A stretch of 28,967 nt of DNA from Promethearchaeota archaeon (lineage in GTDB: Archaea > Asgardarchaeota > Hermodarchaeia > Hermodarchaeales > Hermodarchaeaceae): assembly GCA_048938385.1 (NCBI GenBank), contig JBHLMG010000027.1, positions 1 through 28,967 of the forward strand. Direction: 5' to 3'. Of this stretch, positions 25,138-28,967 are shown one piece after another (the first letter of the stretch is position 1; each line of letters begins with the position of its first letter). The notes below the pieces were generated by a model. The model worked only from the letters and a program-made list of their open reading frames with translations. It had not been told where the DNA came from and searched no databases. The translations under genes and the position numbers were made by a program.

Positions 25138-26403
25138 CTATTTTGTGAGAGCAACTCTTTCTCCTATTTCTACAGCACGAGCATTTATGCTATCCTGTTT
25201 GCGCAGTCGCTTAGCAAGATAGGTGCACGCTTCGGCTTCCCCATGGACGGTGAATATTTCGGTAGCAGTTGGATAGAAGCTGCCAAGGTCTAACAGCTGA
25301 TCTTGACCGGCGTGCGAAGAAAAGTCAAACAGCTGGTACTTCGCCTTAACCCGCTTCAGGTAGTTCCCATCATCAAAGGTACCATTATCCAGCAGATCTC
25401 GACCGGGCGTACCTGGAATTTGATAGCCTACCAAGAGTACGGCGTTTTTAGCATCATGTAAAATCTGACCCAAGTACATGGCCGCAGATCCCCCCCGCAG
25501 CATCCCAGCCGGAGCAACAATTAATCCTGGTTTTTTTGCTATAGTTTCGCGTTGTCGTCGACTGCGAACCCAATCGGCGTTCTTTAAGGCGCGTTGGAGT
25601 AGCTTATAATCCCGGAAAAAGCCGGGGTGTTTGAGGAAAATACGAGCCGCTTCTCGAGCCATCCCGTCCAAGTAGATGGGGAAGGAGGCTTTGTAACGGG
25701 TCAAGATGCATAAGATTTCTTGCGCCCGCGCGACGGCAAAGGCTGGAACCAGCACGGTGCCACCATTATCAATGGTCGTTGCCGCAGTTTCCACAAATTC
25801 TTCCTCGATTTCCGTTCGGCCCTTATGGGAGGAGAGGGCGTAGGTACTTTCAAGCACTAAGGCGTCAGGCGACGCTCTTGAAACATTGGCGCCCTTGAGT
25901 AGTTGCGTGTCGATGGTGTTGATATCACCCGTATAGAGAATCTCATGGGTTGGTGTGTTCACGCGGAGAGCGGCGCTTCCTGGAATGTGCCCTGCATCTA
26001 AGAAGGTGAGCGTAATCCCATTAGCTAGCTCAATCGGGTCGTCATAGTCGATGATTTTAATTCGACGGAATAGTCGCTCCACTTCGAATTGTTCAAAAGG
26101 CAGGTAGTATTGACTGAGTCGAAGCATATCCTTGAGGAGGAGCCGGATGAGGTCTCGGGTGATTTCTGTCATGTAAACATCTGGAGCCCCACTCATAAAG
26201 AGCAGGGGAAGTCCGCCACTATGATCGAGGTGAGCGTGACTTAATGCGACGGTGAGATTGGAAAGTTCCGTGAGCGGAGGGAAGGTTGGATTTCCGTTAA
26301 ATGATGCTCCAAAGTCACAGAGTAGAGAGGTTTCCCCTTCTTTGATAAGGCAGGCTGAACCACCAATAGTTTTACAGCCACCTAGAAAATGAAGTTCAGT
26401 CAC
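25138..26403 (-). CDS. beta-CASP metallo-beta-lactamase ribonuclease lacking KH domains (aCPSF2-like)
   Basis: FLGGCKTIGGS, SHAHLDHSG, AGHIPGS, YTGD, ESTY, PAFAVARAQE, FSSHAG, VHGE. Start likely GTG 26403 (track gives 26481). Confidence 0.9.
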   Translation of the reverse strand: MTELHFLGGCKTIGGSACLIKEGETSLLCDFGASFNGNPTFPPLTELSNLTVALSHAHLDHSGGLPLLFMSGAPDVYMTEITRDLIRLLLKDMLRLSQYYLPFEQFEVERLFRRIKIIDYDDPIELANGITLTFLDAGHIPGSAALRVNTPTHEILYTGDINTIDTQLLKGANVSRASPDALVLESTYALSSHKGRTEIEEEFVETAATTIDNGGTVLVPAFAVARAQEILCILTRYKASFPIYLDGMAREAARIFLKHPGFFRDYKLLQRALKNADWVRSRRQRETIAKKPGLIVAPAGMLRGGSAAMYLGQILHDAKNAVLLVGYQIPGTPGRDLLDNGTFDDGNYLKRVKAKYQLFDFSSHAGQDQLLDLGSFYPTATEIFTVHGEAEACTYLAKRLRKQDSINARAVEIGERVALTK

Positions 26404-26585
26404 GGTATCGTAATGCCCCTTGATCAGCTCGCATGGAAGGATTATCGGAAATGGTACCACGCCTAGCTGAACAGTCCTCATAAATGTATTTCATTAATGG
26501 AATGAAGAAGAGCTGGAGCGAGAGAATCTAATTACTGAAGAAGACTTAAGACACGCACAGTCTTCAGGGGAATGTGGCGAGCCTT

Positions 26586-27326
26586 ATGAGTTACTCAGAA
26601 GAAATCCAAATCATCTTAAAAAACCCAGACGAAAAACTGGCGGGAAGAACCCTTGTGACCGGGTTTCACAGCGCCTTAGGTGAAACCGGGTACATTGTCC
26701 TCCGACATTTAGCGAAACAAGAAGGAACTCGTTCCATTGGCTGCATCATGAGCCCACTCATCCCGCCCCACGTCTTCATGGGTACTCAACGACTTCTTTT
26801 ACCAATTGAACTGTACGATTACAACGAAGAATTTGTCCTGATTTTTACGCGATTACAACCCCACCGTGCTGAATGGGTGCCCTTCACTGAAGCGTTAGCA
26901 AATTGGTCAATAGAACAAGACCTCAAACAAGCGATTCTCCTCGGAGGGCTAGACATCCAATTCGCTGAAACAGGAGATCGGTATCGCACTGCCTACACAG
27001 CAGCGTTCAAGACCAAAGCCGATCAGTTCGAGCTACCCGTTCTCGAGGAAGGCCGAGGGATTTACGGTCCATTAGCTCTCCTCCTCGCCAACTACGAGAT
27101 CCGAGATTTCCCAGCAATAGCTATTCTCCCCTACGCTGAGAGAGGACGCCCAGATCCCCGAGCCGCAAGCGTCGCCATCGAGGTGTTCGACAAGCTGTTC
27201 GATTCCGAAATCAACACTGATGAACTCATGGCAGATGCAGAAGCCATTGAACGAGAGATCAAACACCTCATGGAACGCCAGCGTGAACGCGAAACGGACC
27301 GTGATGCCACGGGCATGTTTATGTGA
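26586..27326 (+). CDS. PAC2-family proteasome assembly chaperone
   Basis: LVTGFHSALGETGYI, PIELY, ILLGGL, IYGPLALLL, PDPRAAS, L..DAEAIE coiled tail. Start ATG 26586 or GTG 26574. Confidence 0.85.
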   Translation: MSYSEEIQIILKNPDEKLAGRTLVTGFHSALGETGYIVLRHLAKQEGTRSIGCIMSPLIPPHVFMGTQRLLLPIELYDYNEEFVLIFTRLQPHRAEWVPFTEALANWSIEQDLKQAILLGGLDIQFAETGDRYRTAYTAAFKTKADQFELPVLEEGRGIYGPLALLLANYEIRDFPAIAILPYAERGRPDPRAASVAIEVFDKLFDSEINTDELMADAEAIEREIKHLMERQRERETDRDATGMFM

Positions 27327-27330
27327 GGCG

Positions 27331-27357
27331 TTTATTTTCAGTTCGTTTTTCAGCTTC
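27331..27357 (+). terminator. T-rich putative terminator between convergent genes
   Basis: TTTATTTTCAGTTCGTTTTTCAGCTTC directly after the PAC2 stop. Confidence 0.35.
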
Positions 27358-27708
27358 TCAGTGAACCGGCGTCCCTGGAGGAAGTTGGCGTTCCGGAACT
27401 ACCAGAACGACTTGATAATCATCAGAGCCTTGTTTCCCTACTTCAGCGGCAAGTAGCATACCCTCTGATTTTTCTCCCCGAAACACTGCGGGTTTAAGAT
27501 TCACTAGCACAATCAACTGTTTACCTACAAGTTCCTCAGCGGAGTAATATGGTGCTAACCCGGTCACGATTTGCCGTTTACCCAGTTCTCCAAGATCGAT
27601 TTGGACTTTAATTAAATGCTTAGTACCGGGGACTGGAACCGCTTCAAGCACATTGGCTACTCGAAAATCTAATTTCTTGAATTCTTCAAAGGTTATAATA
27701 TCAACCAC
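27358..27708 (-). CDS. Trbp111/CsaA-like tRNA-binding OB-fold protein (stand-alone MetRS C-terminal domain)
   Basis: ITFEEFKKLDFRVA, RQIVTGL..YY..EELVGKQ, VNLKP..FRGEKSEGMLLA. Start likely GTG 27708 (track gives 27738). Confidence 0.92.
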   Translation of the reverse strand: MVDIITFEEFKKLDFRVANVLEAVPVPGTKHLIKVQIDLGELGKRQIVTGLAPYYSAEELVGKQLIVLVNLKPAVFRGEKSEGMLLAAEVGKQGSDDYQVVLVVPERQLPPGTPVH

Positions 27709-27912
27709 CTGCCAATAACTCAGATACCATGAATTCACACTATAAAGGTTTTAACTCCGAGGTCCAATTATCAAAAAAGAACTCGCATTTAGATGATTTG
27801 AAGATAGCACAGGATTTCAAAAAAAACTTAGAGAAAATAATTGGTTGAAGAAAGAACTAAAAATGCAATACCAGCGTCTAGTTTGTAAAGAGTGATATTT
27901 AGCGGAGATGCG

Positions 27913-28967
27913 GTGAACAAAGTGGGAAAGAATCGTTGGCTGATAGGTAGCCTGCTCTTCCTTTTCATCTTGCCAGTGTTACCTCCACCATCCGCAGCAC
28001 TGCCTACATCACAATCACCTCCCATCGCGTCCCTAGCACCCCCTGGCCCACCACCACCCTATGGACCCTTTGCCCCGGTGGGTCAATACAACGGAAGCAG
28101 CAATCCAACTAACATCCTTGCGACTTATAACAAGAGTTTGAATGTGAAAACACCAACGAATGATACCCAAGATTTCACTGTTGATCTCGCACCCGACTGG
28201 TCCAGCTTCATGGAGGTCTCCATCACTGAAATCACGACAAGTTCGTTAATCAAAATCATCGACACAAATACTACCGATATCAGTAACGAGGAAACGATTA
28301 GTAACCAGTATCTAGCAATCTCTTTTCAGATCACGAACAGCTGTATCATCGCAAATTTCACGGCATATCTACGCGTTTTGGCAGCAGGACTTGTCATTCC
28401 CATCATCTATAACGCAACAAATGACGGTTTGGGTAACCCTGAACCCGATACCAATATCCATAACGGACAAGTTGTAAATGTATTCTTACCTACTCATTAT
28501 GCTTGGTATACATTCACCTTTGCATCAGGAAGCAATTACCTAAACCATTCCCAAACTTACAATGGATACTTCTTCATCGTACTAGTCACCGTTGGTGTCA
28601 ATGTGCGTTGGATTGTCACCGAGGATTCAGTTTCGGGTGATGGAGGTCGCCCCTACTTATCTGTTGACGGGAATTCTTGGTCGTATTACGAGTTTGGTGG
28701 TCAACCTGCTGATTTTCTGTCTACCGTGGGTCTTGAACCACTTACCACTAGCCCATCCCCGAGTGGCATTTCCATGGTAATTAATGGTACTTCGGTTCAA
28801 GATGTTGGGGGGAATTCCGGACAGTGGACTCGTACTTTCACTGTGATTCAGAAGGCTACACGCTTCGATGTTTTCACCACCTGGCCTGCATTGTTTAACT
28901 TTCGATACAACGCCTCTCTTTCTTACACCTTCGAGGGGGTCCCGAGCTTTCAAGTCACAGAGGGAAA
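27913..28967 (+). CDS. Large secreted/cell-surface glycoprotein of unknown function; runs off the window end
   Basis: Open frame from GTG 27913 (GGAG SD) to the end: MNKVGKNRWLIGSLLFLFILPVLPPPSAA signal-like segment, Pro-rich linker, then Asn/Thr/Ser/aromatic-rich sequence with 9 N-X-S/T sequons. Not in the ORF track. Confidence 0.85.
   Translation, partial: MNKVGKNRWLIGSLLFLFILPVLPPPSAALPTSQSPPIASLAPPGPPPPYGPFAPVGQYNGSSNPTNILATYNKSLNVKTPTNDTQDFTVDLAPDWSSFMEVSITEITTSSLIKIIDTNTTDISNEETISNQYLAISFQITNSCIIANFTAYLRVLAAGLVIPIIYNATNDGLGNPEPDTNIHNGQVVNVFLPTHYAWYTFTFASGSNYLNHSQTYNGYFFIVLVTVGVNVRWIVTEDSVSGDGGRPYLSVDGNSWSYYEFGGQPADFLSTVGLEPLTTSPSPSGISMVINGTSVQDVGGNSGQWTRTFTVIQKATRFDVFTTWPALFNFRYNASLSYTFEGVPSFQVTEG

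Noticed and set aside
26502-26538. Possible box C/D sRNA (ATGAAGA...CTGA)
   Set aside because: Only 37 nt, imperfect C box, and no convincing D'/C' pair or terminal stem.
27828-28953. Short ORFs at the window end (65, 62 and 98 aa)
   Set aside because: Explained by the long open plus-strand frame starting at 27913.
27913-28967. Surface glycoprotein as a nicastrin-like partner or substrate of the presenilin
   Set aside because: Three genes intervene, there is no recognisable similarity, and the C-terminus is not visible.
1-28967. CRISPR arrays, IS elements, defence systems, selenoprotein or pyrrolysine readthrough
   Set aside because: No spaced repeats, transposase or cas motifs seen by eye, and the recognised proteins end at expected lengths without internal stops.

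Overview
Archaeal core-genome window with about 39 CDS, one intron-containing tRNA and no CRISPR, transposase, integrase or phage signal. L38e, the TACK/Asgard-style L40e N-terminus, a eukaryote-like presenilin and a heavily N-glycosylated secreted protein suggest a TACK/Asgard lineage, possibly Asgard; this is inference. Gene order: cdc48 (partial), aEF-1beta, HVO_2753-type Zn finger, nob1 and NAD kinase on the minus strand; then aIF5A, DHS, SRP54, TrmY-like, Pus10, L21e, Rpo4, DUF655, KsgA, HemK2, DRG and L10e; an inverted enolase; METTL5, Csl4, a short DUF2067-like protein, Rpo11, a mini-RNase III and TFS; a HAD+GGR pair; Pth2-TruD; a NusA-like gene divergent from Lrp-sucCD; L40e, tRNA-Val(CAC) and L38e; aCPSF2-presenilin divergent from PAC2; a tRNA-binding protein; and the start of a large secreted glycoprotein. 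The ORF track misses cdc48, L40e and the final secreted protein. I did not find a clear new multi-gene system. The best leads are the presenilin that mixes eukaryotic and archaeal motifs, the tRNA intron whose splice motif fits position 36/37, a degenerate TrmY beside Pus10, a DHS with an altered polyamine pocket next to its substrate, and several promoter palindromes, two of which share a 33-bp CTGAA-N23-TTCAG geometry. Family calls come from recalled motifs, not from database searches.
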